Shown here in pieces: positions 1 through 11,123 of a stretch of 33,927 nt of DNA. The stretch's first letter is position 1, and each line of letters starts with the position of its first letter. The position numbers and the translations under genes were made by a program. This DNA comes from Nemertoderma westbladi (lineage: Eukaryota > Animalia > Xenacoelomorpha), in NCBI GenBank assembly GCA_032718475.1, contig JAUCBJ010001303.1:1-33927 (forward strand). The letters run 5' to 3'. The notes under the pieces are model-generated. The model made no database searches, was not told the DNA's origin, and saw only the letters and a program-made list of their open reading frames with translations.

Positions 1-1149
1 TATAATAGATGATCAATTACCGTTATAGACTAAGCGAAACATTGAGCAAATTGATACAGTTGTGGGGAAGGGGGAATAAAAGTAATTTACTTGAGCGGCC
101 ATCCATTGAAGGTACACTAGCGCCATTACCGTTTCAGTGTTTCAGACTGGGCCTTTTACTCGCATTCTTACATGCTCTAAAAAACTATCGGAGAGAGTCA
201 AAATATACAAGATAGGGGTTAAAAACGTCTTTTTTGTCAAATGCGCCAGCAACTATTAATTGTTGTCAATTTCTATTGTCTCATCACAACGTACATGGTT
301 ATAAAAGTCACATAATTTTAAACTAGAAGAAAAATGCAATATTTTTGGTCTTCGCTCAATCTTCAATACACGTGCTAAGGACAGTACTGTGACAGAACCA
401 AAGCAAAAATACCTATCTTATCTGCATTTAGAGAGTACTTAGGTTTATATACGGAAACTTCCTCGACATGACCAAAATGATTAGTTCCATAACATTGAAT
501 GTAAAGGTACATAGTAGAAATAATTATGGCCATTATAGTCTCACAAATCAGATAGTAAAGTTATGTAACGATCGCCCTCTGGATATAAGAAAACAGCCAA
601 ACTTCGGATGTTACAGAGCAAAACTAAAAAACCTTTTATTAACACGATACACACGCGATGAAATAACCTAATTAAAAAATTATCACTTGCCACTATATAC
701 AGTAGCATTGTGCTCTGGTGTGGTTTCTTCTTATGTACTTATTAGTACTACTTACGGTATTTAAAACTGTCAATTTGTTAACTAAATAAAGAGACGAAAA
801 CCCGAATAAAAGTCACTTTTTTCCCTAGGGAAAAAATTGATGCGTAGGATTGCATTGATTTTTTGGTAGTGTCTGCAAGGCGAACTCCAAAACGAAACTG
901 TATATCCAATATTTGTTTATGTAGTTAAGCGGCTCTCTAGTTACGTAATAAATATTCGAGAACACTAAATTATTTAACGTTGAGTTAAGGCAACATCAGG
1001 AGTTGAAGAGAACAATAATTTGAATTACAGCAACTATGAAAGCAATATAGTAAAATACTACAGTTAAATTTATTATGTAACACTATATCGTTCTATGTTT
1101 TATTAAAGAATTGAGCAACAAAAAGTACCAATTTAAGAATAAAAATACG

Positions 1150-1256
1150 TATTACATGGGAAAAAATGTAGAACATTTTTTTTCAATATTCACTCGACCC
1201 TTTATTAACCTCGCTGGCGCTCGGTAAATAAAAGTTCTGCTTTTTCCCATGTAATA
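1150..1256. repeat. Short palindromic MITE-like element with an internal hairpin
   Basis: Perfect 16-bp inverted repeat TATTACATGGGAAAAA / TTTTTCCCATGTAATA, extending imperfectly to AGAAC/GTTCT; internal stem-loop TTTATTAACC-TCGCTGGCGCTC-GGTAAATAAA. Superfamily not determined. Confidence 0.55.
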
Positions 1257-1467
1257 AATAATTATTTTTATTAATATAAATTATTACTAATACAAGCACA
1301 GTTGGACCCATCAAATTTCGGTACAATTTCAATTTTCAGAAATGTTTTCAAAATTCAAATTCATCCAATCCATCTATCAATACCATCATCTGCTGCCACT
1401 GTGCTCAACCCTACTGTACTTGGCCGTCTTTAACCACTCGCTACAATGAAAGGGTAGTGTTTATTAC

Positions 1468-1795
1468 CTACTACTACTAGGATCGGCATGCTGCATTGCA
1501 GCTGCATTTTTAAGAAAGATGTGCCGGCTTGTCGACAAAATTGCGCCGCCACAACTCCCTATCACCCATGACATTTGCTAGATCATCCGCATCTTCAAGG
1601 CCAGTGTCCTTTAAGATGCATCTCAAGAATGTCATGGGCTGTCCACCATGCTTATTCACTCCATGATGCTGCCAAAGCACAAGATTATGCACTGACTGGT
1701 CCTCACGGCGAAAGAAATGTCCTGCAAAGCGGTGGCGACATTGTTCTACTGTCAAGCTTGGGGGAACCAATGAGACACCTCCAATGTTATATAGT
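1468..1795 (-). mobile_element. 5'-truncated RTE-clade LINE, 3' end (same family as 23326-25682)
   Basis: Closely matches 23326-23656; encodes RFAGHFFRREDQSVHNLVLWQ...DRELWRR; (TAG)n tail, seen as (CTA)4 at 1468-1479 on +. Confidence 0.9.
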
Positions 1796-1874
1796 AGGTA
1801 ACCTAATTTTAAATGTTAATCCCAGCGGAGGTATGGAAAACCGGAGTGCTAAACAGACCATTATTGAATGTTGA

Positions 1875-2235
1875 ATTGATGGTTGCTACACAAGACTACT
1901 AAGGGCAGCCCTAAACATCAGCTGGAGACAACACATGACAAACGCCGAGCTGTATGGTACAATACCACCTCTATCAACCACCCTCCGTGAACGCAGATTA
2001 AGATTCAGTGGGGTGGGCACTGCTGGCGAAGAAAAGACGAGGTCATACCAGATCTACTTTTCTGGCAACCAACTCATGGAAAGCGTAGTCGTGGACGACC
2101 GGCCATAACATATATAAATCAACTTGAAAGGGATACTGAACTTGGGAGAAACGAAATTGCGACAACTATGGAGAATCGGGAAGCCTGGAAGGATCTCATT
2201 TCCACTGTCCGAGTTCGCTCGACCTAGTAGTAGTA
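1875..2235 (+). mobile_element. 5'-truncated RTE-clade LINE, 3' end (second family)
   Basis: Manual translation gives IDGCYTRLLRAALNISWRQHMTNAELYG...RERRLRFSG, a frameshift, then HCWRRKDE...LLFWQPTHGKRSRGRPAITYINQL...NREAWK; the stop at 2225-2227 runs into a TAGTAGTAGTA tail. Confidence 0.88.
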
Positions 2236-3834
2236 CACCTATTATATCTAATACGGACGCATTTTTTAAACCCTTACCCAAAATGATGCACCACTACCTG
2301 CACCCTTTAGTTACTACTGCCGATAACTATCTAAAAAGCTCTTTGGATCTCAAACAAACCATGCCTACAACAACTAATAACTCCCATTTTACTTTAGTCA
2401 CTATTGATGTAATAGACATGTTTACCGCCATCCCTCATGAATTGTATGAATTGGGTATTGAGGCTACCATGCATGCACTCCCTACATTATCTGAACGTTC
2501 TATTTTTACACCAACTCAACTCGCAGCAATTTTACGGTTTCTTCTATACCACAACTTTTTCTTTTATCAGAATAATGTACTACCTGCAAATCGCAGGTGC
2601 ACCTATGGGCGGTCACCACAGTAGTGATTATTCTATAATCAGTTCGTACAAAGTACTCAAGAGGGCGATAACTATTTCGCTACGGACTCCTTCATTCTTT
2701 CGTACTCTGGTGGATGATAATTTCGCCATTTACGATGAGCGACTAACTGATGAGCATTTCGAGTTCATGAAGACTGCATTCAACTCAGCTTGTAGGAATC
2801 TATATAAATGTGATGCCATCCAATTTACTATGGAGTACTCCCATGCTAGTGTCGACTACCTCGATCTAACGATTGCTGCTAATGCCTACACCCTTAGAAC
2901 TCGTTTATTTAGAAAACCAATCGCTAATAAACTACCTTTTATGAACTCTAGTTTCCACCATAAACCTACGTTACGGGCAGTGGTGAAATCGGAAATTTTG
3001 CGTATTCGCCGTTTAACTGACTCACACCATTTGTTCACATGTTATAAACATCAGTACCTCGAGTTGTGTGAGAACCGAGACTATCAGCTGGATTTCCTCC
3101 TCTCCCTCCATGCATCGAACCCAACACCTCTTGGTCCAGTGCCGATCACGCAGCAGCCGTCTTTACCAACGGAGGGGGATGGTCAATCAGCACCCCAAAA
3201 TTTAAATAATTTCTACATCGAGTGGGCCAAAATACACCTCTATATATCTCCCTACGACCCCACAGTTCCTGCCTGTCCGAGCCCCGTTATCCGCAAATAT
3301 AATGCTGACTTGCGTTCGCTAGGTATTAGTGTCCAAACGGTCCCGCGCAACCTCCCATCGTTAGGTAAACTGTTGATCACCAAGTCCGAGCCAACACTGT
3401 CTCTTGGTAACCACTCTTGCAATGGGCCTCGTTACAAATGCTGCTCGGCCGTTCTAAACCAGCGCCGGGCACCATGGGGTGACCCCATCCATGGGAGATT
3501 TAACTGCAAATCATTTAATGTAATTTATTTTATCAAATGTAAACTGCATCCACACTTGTGGTATCTCGGCCAGACAGAACAGCGTTTACATGAGCGTCTC
3601 CGAGGTCACCGTAGTGCCATAAATGACGCAGCTGGCATGGGACTAGGAGTCGATTTATCGAGTCCTGAAGTCTTGCTACTGCAGCACTTTGCTATTTGTG
3701 GGATCGGTGCGCTCAATATTACATGTTCTAAAAGGTTTACTAACCACGAGCGTAGGATTCATTCTGAAGCGGTTCTAATTAACTTGCATCGCCCCCCACT
3801 TAACACTGTAGTTCCCCGTATTGGTCTGTACTAA
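2236..3834 (+). mobile_element. Penelope-like retroelement (RT + Cys linker + GIY-YIG endonuclease), 5'-truncated, frameshift near 2575
   Basis: PIIS, LVTIDVIDMFTAIPH, YLQIAGAPMG, LVDD, VDYLDLTI, LFRKP, SFHHKPTLRAVVKSEILRIRR; Cys-rich linker CNGPRYKCC; GIY-YIG VIYFIKC...YLGQTEQRLHERLRGH...HF...E...PPLN. The RT is split between ORFs 2124-2624 and 2437-3834. The Cys linker suggests the Neptune group (inference). Confidence 0.9.
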
Positions 3835-3854
3835 AACATGTGAACTTTGTTTTG

Positions 3855-4060
3855 TGGGGCGAGCGACGAAAGTAAGCGAGCTTAGCATACAGGTACAACT
3901 AACTCAATCGGTGTGTCTGTTGTTCTGTGGATCTGTCGATCTGTTGTGTCCAATTTTAAACGTTAATAACTCAGGCAAATATTAATTAAATTTAACCAAA
4001 CTTGGTACACATGTAGTCTGTCAAAAGTTTAAAAATTTTCCAAGTTGAATTTCCGTGTGG
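3855..4060 (+). repeat. Possible Helentron/HINE-like non-autonomous repeat fragment
   Basis: GCGAGCGACGAAAGTAAGCGAGC motif, degenerate (CTGT)n and AAACTTGGTACACATG, a combination common in such elements; ends not defined. Confidence 0.3.
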
Positions 4061-4948
4061 CCTTCCAGAAGCTAAGATAATAGCAATTAATTAGTTAATT
4101 AAGTTGCTTACGGTAAAAACTGCATTTTCAACCTGCCTGTTAAAGGAAATTAATTATTTTACAGTATAAGATTTAAATAATTATACTTAAAAATTATACA
4201 GATGTAATCCACATACCCCATTCTATTATATTCTAAGCCGTGCGTAAACTATATTGCTAAAAATAATTAATATTCTAGAATAGAGTCAAAAAACATTATA
4301 ATAATGTAGATTTACTTCATAAAATGTACGCCTTTGAATGTTGATAATATCTCAGGAAAATATTGGTGAAATTTAAAACGGTTTTCAGATTCGAAATCTA
4401 CAGACGAAGGCGTTTTAGATTACATTCCAAAGACGTAAAATAAAGTCTACGGAGATGGTTAAACATTGCTAACTAGACTTTTTTTAAAGAGCTTGTTGTA
4501 TGGAAATAACTGAGAAATTGAAAAATCCGGCCAGGTCAGCAGTAAGAAAAGGTGTCGTTCTATCATCATACCAAATTTCATAGCATTTTATTGAAATTTG
4601 AAAAATTAGGGGGGGGACAAATTAGCCTTGTACCTTTCTTTTGGTGAAGTTTAAACCGGCTGGAGGAAAAGACTCACAAAGAAAGACATACATAGGAGTT
4701 ACTATATTCCGGAAAATAGAAGTAACTATAATGCAGCTTTAGCAATGAGAAGCTAGCACTTTGTTAAGTACCGGTACACAAATCACTAACATTATGAATA
4801 GGCATAATGTTGAAATGTTGAAAAACTATACCTCAGATGCAAATAAAAATTGTTTCGAGTTTTGGAGTTTTTAAAAACGCTAGCTACTAAAAAAATAAAT
4901 GTCCACCTTTTCAAAAGTGATTTCTAGCAAAATTTAAGGCTTGATTAA

Positions 4949-6507
4949 CCCTATTAGTACCGGGCTATAAAATGTTGTACAAATACCGGAGGGGGGTCAT
5001 GTTGACCCCCCCCCCCCCCCCCCCCCCCTCTCTAAAATCTACACATTTTTACGAAAGCGTATGATTTTTTGTTTGTACGTAGGTATCACTAGTCTGGATC
5101 CGACGAAAAAAAAAATTTCGAAAATATGTACTGGGTGGTTATATTGCAGCACCAAAATTACAAGTAGTGCACAATTTTCACAAAATTTGAAAGTTACATT
5201 TTTCGGCTAATTGTTTTTCAATACAGGTTTTCTGCGGCGCAAAATACATTGGAAAATATTTAAAAATAATATGATTACTATAAATGGCTGTTTAGTCCTC
5301 TCTGCGTAGGAAAAAAATGAAAAAAACAAGTAACCAGCACTTTTCAGTTAGAACACAAAATTTTTAATTCATTTATACGACGCTATAAATTCACATTTTC
5401 AGGTTTTCTGGGGCGCTGATTCTAATGGAATACATTTCTAATTTGCCATATCATTGCTAATTGTATTTTTCGGCGTAATTTGGCAAATTTTGGTGCTAGC
5501 ACCAAATTTCGTACCCAGCACCAAAAAGTACAAGTTTGCGAGGTCCAGTGCTGTTTTTATTGATTCCATCGGATTCAGGACCCTCATAAACCCGTATAAC
5601 GCAAGAAACAAGATGATACTATCTTCTGATCAATTTGCTTATTTTCAAAAATTTGGTGCTGGCACAACAATATTCACCCACCGGCGAAAAATACAAGTTT
5701 GAAAACTCGTATGAAGTTTTTACTGATTCCATTGAATTCAGAACCCTCACAAACCCGTATAACGCAAGAAACAAGGTGACACAATCAATTGATATATTTG
5801 ATTGTTTTCAAAATTTGGTGCTAGCACCACATTTTGCACCCACTTCTGAAAAATACAAGTTTGAGATGTCTAGAAATAGATTAAAGAAATAAAAATAGAA
5901 ATAAATCTAGAAATAAATTGTCATAAGCAATTTTATCTATTGAATGGATATATCAAAATTTCGTGCTAGCACCAAAATTTACACCCAGCACCGAAAAATA
6001 CAAGTTTGATACGCTTGGTGCAACTCGTATATATTCCATCGAAACCAGAACCACAAAAAACCCCAATTGCGTAAAATACAAGTTTCAAATAATCAATTGA
6101 CAAAATTGACATATTTCAAAATTTGGTGCTGGCACCAAAATTTGGCACCCGTCGAAAAAAACAAGTTTGAAATTTCTAAATTAATTTATATGAATTCCAT
6201 CCAATTGCTAACACCAAAAAACCGGTATAAATCAAAAATAGAGATGTTACAAATCATATTTAATGAAATGTAAATTTCAAAAAACGTCTCAAAAAAAGTG
6301 CCAAAAGTAGGGTTAAAAAATGGTGCTATAACTCGAAAACTACCCAATATTTTTGAAAACGGTTTTCACTACTAGGAAGACAATAGATTTTTAGTAAAAG
6401 TCATAAAATGTCAGATTCTCAACTGCGTTTGTTTCAGAATTATAACAAAAAAACCACGGGAAGGGTCATATTGACCCCCCCCCCCCCCCCCCCCGGGTTT
6501 AATAGGG
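4949..6507. mobile_element. Non-autonomous piggyBac-type element (MITE), 1,559 bp
   Basis: TTAA TSDs at 4945-4948 and 6508-6511; TIRs CCCTATTAGTACCGGG / CCCGGGTTTAATAGGG (13/16 match); subterminal GGGTCA(T)NTTGACCC palindromes at both ends; no transposase ORF. Confidence 0.88.
5485..6270. repeat. Internal tandem array of five ~146-162 bp units inside the piggyBac-type MITE
   Basis: Units start near 5485, 5648, 5810, 5956 and 6118, each with a copy of the TGGTGCTAGCACCA palindrome (some imperfect) followed by (A)AAATACAAGTTTG. Confidence 0.8.
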
Positions 6508-6759
6508 TTAAGTAACATATTAAAAAAAAAAAAAATTAAATTAAGTAAATGGTAAAACATTTCAGTAAAAAGAGATTACAGGCTAGTTGTAGTACCATTC
6601 CATTTTAAAAATATTAGTGAAGCTAATATTTAGCCAACGTAACAAATTCTAGAACAACTAATTATTAAGACAGAGATTAAAAAAAAACTAAATTCAGACA
6701 AATGATTAATTAATTAGCTATAATCAGAATGTCACTGTGATGAAATTTCATAATTTATT

Positions 6760-9258
6760 ATGTTGGATATTGTCAGTCAAAATTCAAATCAAAATATTAA
6801 TAAATCAAAAAAAATTGTGAGTAATAATTCATCTGGTAAACGCCCAAGTAGATGGGAAACGCATGGTAAATCCGGCTGTTCTAACCAATCAACTGATTCG
6901 CTTATGATAAAACAAGAAAGTGGTGAAGGTTATTCTCATAAACTTACCAAGTCGAGATCATCGTCTACAGGTCGACGTTCAGAGTGGAAGCAGGACAGCC
7001 CGTCGCAAGAACACCTGATAAAGTACAGCATCAGGGGTAGTCGAGGGTTGCGTGGTATCTCGCATGGTAACCAATGCAGCGGAGATTCACCGGAAGTTGG
7101 TAAGTCAACAAGAACAAAAACAAAAAGTAGACGATCACGAAGATCGACTACAATAATAAGACCATCGAGTTTAGATTCAACGACCTCCAGCTCATCGTCC
7201 ACTTCTGCTTCGAAGGGGAAGACCCACGGTGAAAGTCAAGTAGAACGGTTGGGTAAGAAAAGTAAAAATAATAGCCTTTACAAATCTTCCGAAATTATAA
7301 CATTACCTTCGCCAAAAAGCAACCCTGGAAGACGACTACAAGGAAGTTCTCAAAAATATTTTCATGAAATATTCGCATCCGTAAGTCAGAAACAGCAGTC
7401 CATCCCAGATTCAAATCGCATTTCAGAAGTTGTTCACAGACCGTATCATTCCGAAAGTAATAAAACTCGCACTGAAGAAAGAATAGTAGCACCTAGGGGA
7501 AAGCTGGAGAGATTTAGGCGAAGGTTGGAAGCATCAAAAATAAAAGATAGTACGTTTACAGTTGATACCGATATGGATGAAGATGAAAGAGTGGATAAAT
7601 TAGGTTTCCAGCGAGTAGAGGACAGCGACCAACCTGACGAATCAGGAGGTAATTACCCGAATACTCCTTTATCCAGAAATGATCCACCTTTTACAGACGA
7701 ATTACAAAATCAACTGCGTCAATCTCAACAACACGTTGTTCAGTTAAAGGAAAGAGTGGAAGGGGCCCAGCGATGCTACCAAAACCAGGAAATACTCAAT
7801 GATGAGTTCCGTGAGAAACTGCAAACAACAATCGATGGCAAAGATATGCTCTTAGAGATTCGGCACAAAGAATTAGATGGACAATTCCGGCTAATTAAGG
7901 AACTAGAAGCTACATTGGACGGGTATCAGGTGCAATGTAGAGAGTTTATTGATCTGTTAAACCAATCAAAAAGTAGCATGCAAACTCAAAGTGCTGAGGT
8001 TCAAATGTTTGCTGAAGCAATCGAATACATAACATCCATATTGAGAAATAATTACGGATATTTAGACGGAATTATACCAGAGGGTAAGACCCTGGAAACT
8101 TTGCATGTTCCGGAATTAATGACAATTACCGAGAATTTGCTGGAATTGTTAAAACGTCAGGAAAAAGAAAGTGGGAGACAACTTCGTCAAACACAGCGCC
8201 AAGTTACGGTATTAGAAGCGGAAATAGTTGAAATGAAAATCAAGGCATCCAAAAAGCAAGATGAATTGCTAAGTAAGGCAAAAGCATCATCTACCGAAAA
8301 TGCGCGAAAATTAAAATCAGAGCTTGAGAAGAAAAGTTCTGAGCTGTTGCAACTTTCTGAATCATCTCGTGAAGCTAAAGAAAAATTGAAGGAATCAAAA
8401 GATCAAAGGTCCGAATTAAAAAAGCGTCTTTCCGAAATATCTGTTACATTAAAAGAAAAGGAGGACGATTGGAGGCGAGAGGAAGACCGAATGCAAGAAA
8501 CAGTTGCGTCGCACAAAAGTCTATTGCAACAATCTGAGGTGGAACTACGAAGAAGCGAAATGATGCTAATGGAGAAAGAAAGAGACATACAGGAGGCTCG
8601 CGGGAGGGCAGAACATGCTGAAAAACAGCTTCATGAAGCGAGAAACAAAACTTCGCAATTGCAGTTGAGCTTTTCTGACCTACGCAAACAAAAGGATAAA
8701 GAAATAGAAGAAATTAAAGAAGCTACTACTAAACAGGCGAAAGAAGAGGCTGATGGTGAAATTCGTAATGTTTTGAGAGATTTAAATGATAAGGAAAGAA
8801 CGGTCCAAGAAGCAGCTGAAAGGATAGCTGAAAAGGACAAAGAATTAAAGCATATGGATAATAGGTTATTGGAACTTGTTAATGTTGTTGAAGCAAAGCA
8901 GTCTTTGGTGGATTCCAGTAAAATGCAGCTTAATAAAATGAAGGAAATGGCTACTGCCCGAAGTGATGAAGTCGCTCAGTTGAGGGAGCAAGTATCACAG
9001 TACAAACATAGGGCAGAAACCCTGCAACAAGAGGCCAGCAGGCTAAAGTCGGTTTCTGAGAAGGCAAAATCACGGCAAGAACAATTGGAGACTCAACTGG
9101 GGCAGTTTTACCAACAGAACAACGATCTAACGACAAAGTGTCTGTCCCATGCCAAGGAGTTACAAGGAATGAGACAAAGGTTTTACAAAAGAATCAGTTC
9201 GCCGGAAAGACTTTCATTTTATTGCAATCATAGTCCCCCCAGCAGGCCTGACAGATAA
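6760..9258 (+). CDS. CCDC158: Long coiled-coil protein, CCDC158-like (Ser/Arg-rich disordered N-terminus followed by a ~500 aa coiled coil)
   Basis: 832 uninterrupted codons with E/K/Q/L heptad composition from about aa 310. KLQTTIDGKDMLLEIRHKELDGQFRL, ITSIL and TLETLHVPEL resemble vertebrate CCDC158 segments as I recall them (not searched). AATAAA at 9321-9326. Confidence 0.6.
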   Translation: MLDIVSQNSNQNINKSKKIVSNNSSGKRPSRWETHGKSGCSNQSTDSLMIKQESGEGYSHKLTKSRSSSTGRRSEWKQDSPSQEHLIKYSIRGSRGLRGISHGNQCSGDSPEVGKSTRTKTKSRRSRRSTTIIRPSSLDSTTSSSSSTSASKGKTHGESQVERLGKKSKNNSLYKSSEIITLPSPKSNPGRRLQGSSQKYFHEIFASVSQKQQSIPDSNRISEVVHRPYHSESNKTRTEERIVAPRGKLERFRRRLEASKIKDSTFTVDTDMDEDERVDKLGFQRVEDSDQPDESGGNYPNTPLSRNDPPFTDELQNQLRQSQQHVVQLKERVEGAQRCYQNQEILNDEFREKLQTTIDGKDMLLEIRHKELDGQFRLIKELEATLDGYQVQCREFIDLLNQSKSSMQTQSAEVQMFAEAIEYITSILRNNYGYLDGIIPEGKTLETLHVPELMTITENLLELLKRQEKESGRQLRQTQRQVTVLEAEIVEMKIKASKKQDELLSKAKASSTENARKLKSELEKKSSELLQLSESSREAKEKLKESKDQRSELKKRLSEISVTLKEKEDDWRREEDRMQETVASHKSLLQQSEVELRRSEMMLMEKERDIQEARGRAEHAEKQLHEARNKTSQLQLSFSDLRKQKDKEIEEIKEATTKQAKEEADGEIRNVLRDLNDKERTVQEAAERIAEKDKELKHMDNRLLELVNVVEAKQSLVDSSKMQLNKMKEMATARSDEVAQLREQVSQYKHRAETLQQEASRLKSVSEKAKSRQEQLETQLGQFYQQNNDLTTKCLSHAKELQGMRQRFYKRISSPERLSFYCNHSPPSRPDR

Positions 9259-9380
9259 GCATATCAATTTATTATAATTCTTTGGGTAGAATGTAATAGA
9301 TAATAATAGTTAATAATGTTAATAAATATAGTTTACACGTATAGGCCTAGTTTATATTATACACCAATTTATTCTAAACA

Positions 9381-9420
9381 GCTAGTTTTACTCGCGTCCG
9401 TCTATGGGTGGACGAGCGTC
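9381..9420 (-). repeat. Possible Helitron-like 3' terminus (hairpin + CTAG)
   Basis: Minus strand reads CTCGTCC-ACCCATAGAC-GGACGCGAG-TAAAA-CTAG; the next base is C rather than T and no 5' end was identified. Confidence 0.25.
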
Positions 9421-10681
9421 TGTTTCACTCTTACTATTTTTACTCACCTAATGCAATAATATATAGTTAAATGAGTTCATTTGAATACACAAACTATGAT
9501 TATTTAGGAAGACTTTGGATGCGAACCAAAAATCGTTCCATTCATAATCGGAAATAGTATCCTCTGCACGGTGATACGGGTGCATTTACAACAATTTTAT
9601 AGCAGATTGTTATATTACTAACAAAACATTGTTGTTGATCTCGGTTTTCTTCACACCCCTTTATACCTTTCCCTTTATTAGCAAGTCGTTAGTCTTGATT
9701 GCTGTAAGAAAATTGATGGCAGAAAAAACTAATTGCTGACTACTGGCTACTGACCTAGAGCAAAAACGACTCTTAACGATTGTGATGAAATTTTGCATGG
9801 ACCATGAAAATGAATTTCTAAAGGTACTTGTGAAATCGCGGTTTAAATTGAAACATCTCAACTTGTTTTATTTCGAAAAATAGCCCCAAAACACGACAAT
9901 TGCCATAGGCGCAATGATAAAAACACCAGCTGGCACTCATGATAAATGTATAGAGACGGCCTGGTATTGCATTCAATAGGAAGGGCAACTAACAAAGAAG
10001 TACTTTCTGTGCCAAGTATCATCACTCTACTCTACAACCCAGACAATAAGCAAACATTAACTGGTTTAGCTGGCTATTACAGTCTCAGCTGAATAACTCT
10101 TCCCAATGTTAATTAATTGGCGTGCAAGCTAAATGACTGTTAGTTGTTATACAGTGTGTTGGCTACACTATTGATTGTACTGTGCTCTCTAGCTCTCATC
10201 TAATAATAATTGTTTTATTTTGAAATCTTTGTGCCAACATTAATACTTATATTAATACTGTATGCTTATAAGGCTGAATGTTTACTCAGCCTCATAATGA
10301 TTCTCCATAAGGCAATAATACTATAATTTTTGTATTTATTAATTAATATCGTGGTTTACATTGAACAGTGTAAATTGTTAATCTCTGTTTACATTGAAAC
10401 ATCTCAACTTCTTTTATTTATTACAAAAATAGCGAATTTGTCTTTATCACTTCTTGTGCGCGATTGTATTGAATTCATGACAACTGCTGTTATTATTATT
10501 AGTCAATTGACACCTCGACTCCACTCTGACTACTCTATCCGATAGAACAAAATAATCATTTCGCTAACTGCTCTCTATCTTCTATAATCACAACAGCTTT
10601 TATAATTCATTAGATGATTACAACATAATAATTATAGTTTGAAGTCGTCTAGAAAATTTCTCGTATATTAATTATACAATA

Positions 10682-11123
10682 TTACACAGATAGAAGTACT
10701 TCCCAACGGTCCCGTAAAGTCGAGGACGTACAAATATTAAAACAAACTGAAAGTAAATCGTTACTAGAAGACGCTACTCGCCTTGCGAGCGAGCCTGCCG
10801 CAACCCTACATATTGCTACAAAAGCATTAACTCGATTATTTACAAAAATTGTATCCGCGTCATCGCAGCGACTATACTTAAAAAGTAACCTGAACGCAGT
10901 ATTGTAGGCTACACGGACCTTACGCAGTACCTCAACTCTAAATATACTCCACAATGAAGTACAATAAAGACTGTAACAATAAGTTTTAAATAGCGCTCGT
11001 TTCACTGGCAATGAGCAACCGCCAAAGAAACGTGCTAACTGGTTACCACGGCGATAAAGAGAACGCTTAGCAACCATCATATCAGACTCATCTGACAGTG
11101 AACTACTAAGTATGTGTCCTAGA
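10682..11123 (-). mobile_element. L2/CR1-group LINE, 3' part of ORF2 (post-RT region)
   Basis: (Y)LGHILSSSLSDESDMMVAKRSLYRRGNQLARFF...KRALFKTYCYSLYCTSLW...RVAYNTAFRLLF; joins in frame with the RT at 15598. Confidence 0.88.

Noticed and set aside
1209-1224. CCTCGCTGGCGCTCGG resembles part of the HDV ribozyme
   Set aside because: The P3, P1 and P1.1 pairing partners are absent.
3835-3900. Penelope pseudo-LTR hammerhead or selenoprotein (Naiad-type) signature
   Set aside because: No CTGANGA...GAAA motif downstream and no in-frame TGA in 2575-3834.
5454-6273. Short ORFs in the MITE, and similar short or antisense ORFs elsewhere (e.g. 12080-12433, 24803-25282)
   Set aside because: They derive from repeats or are antisense shadows of real ORFs and have no recognisable motifs.
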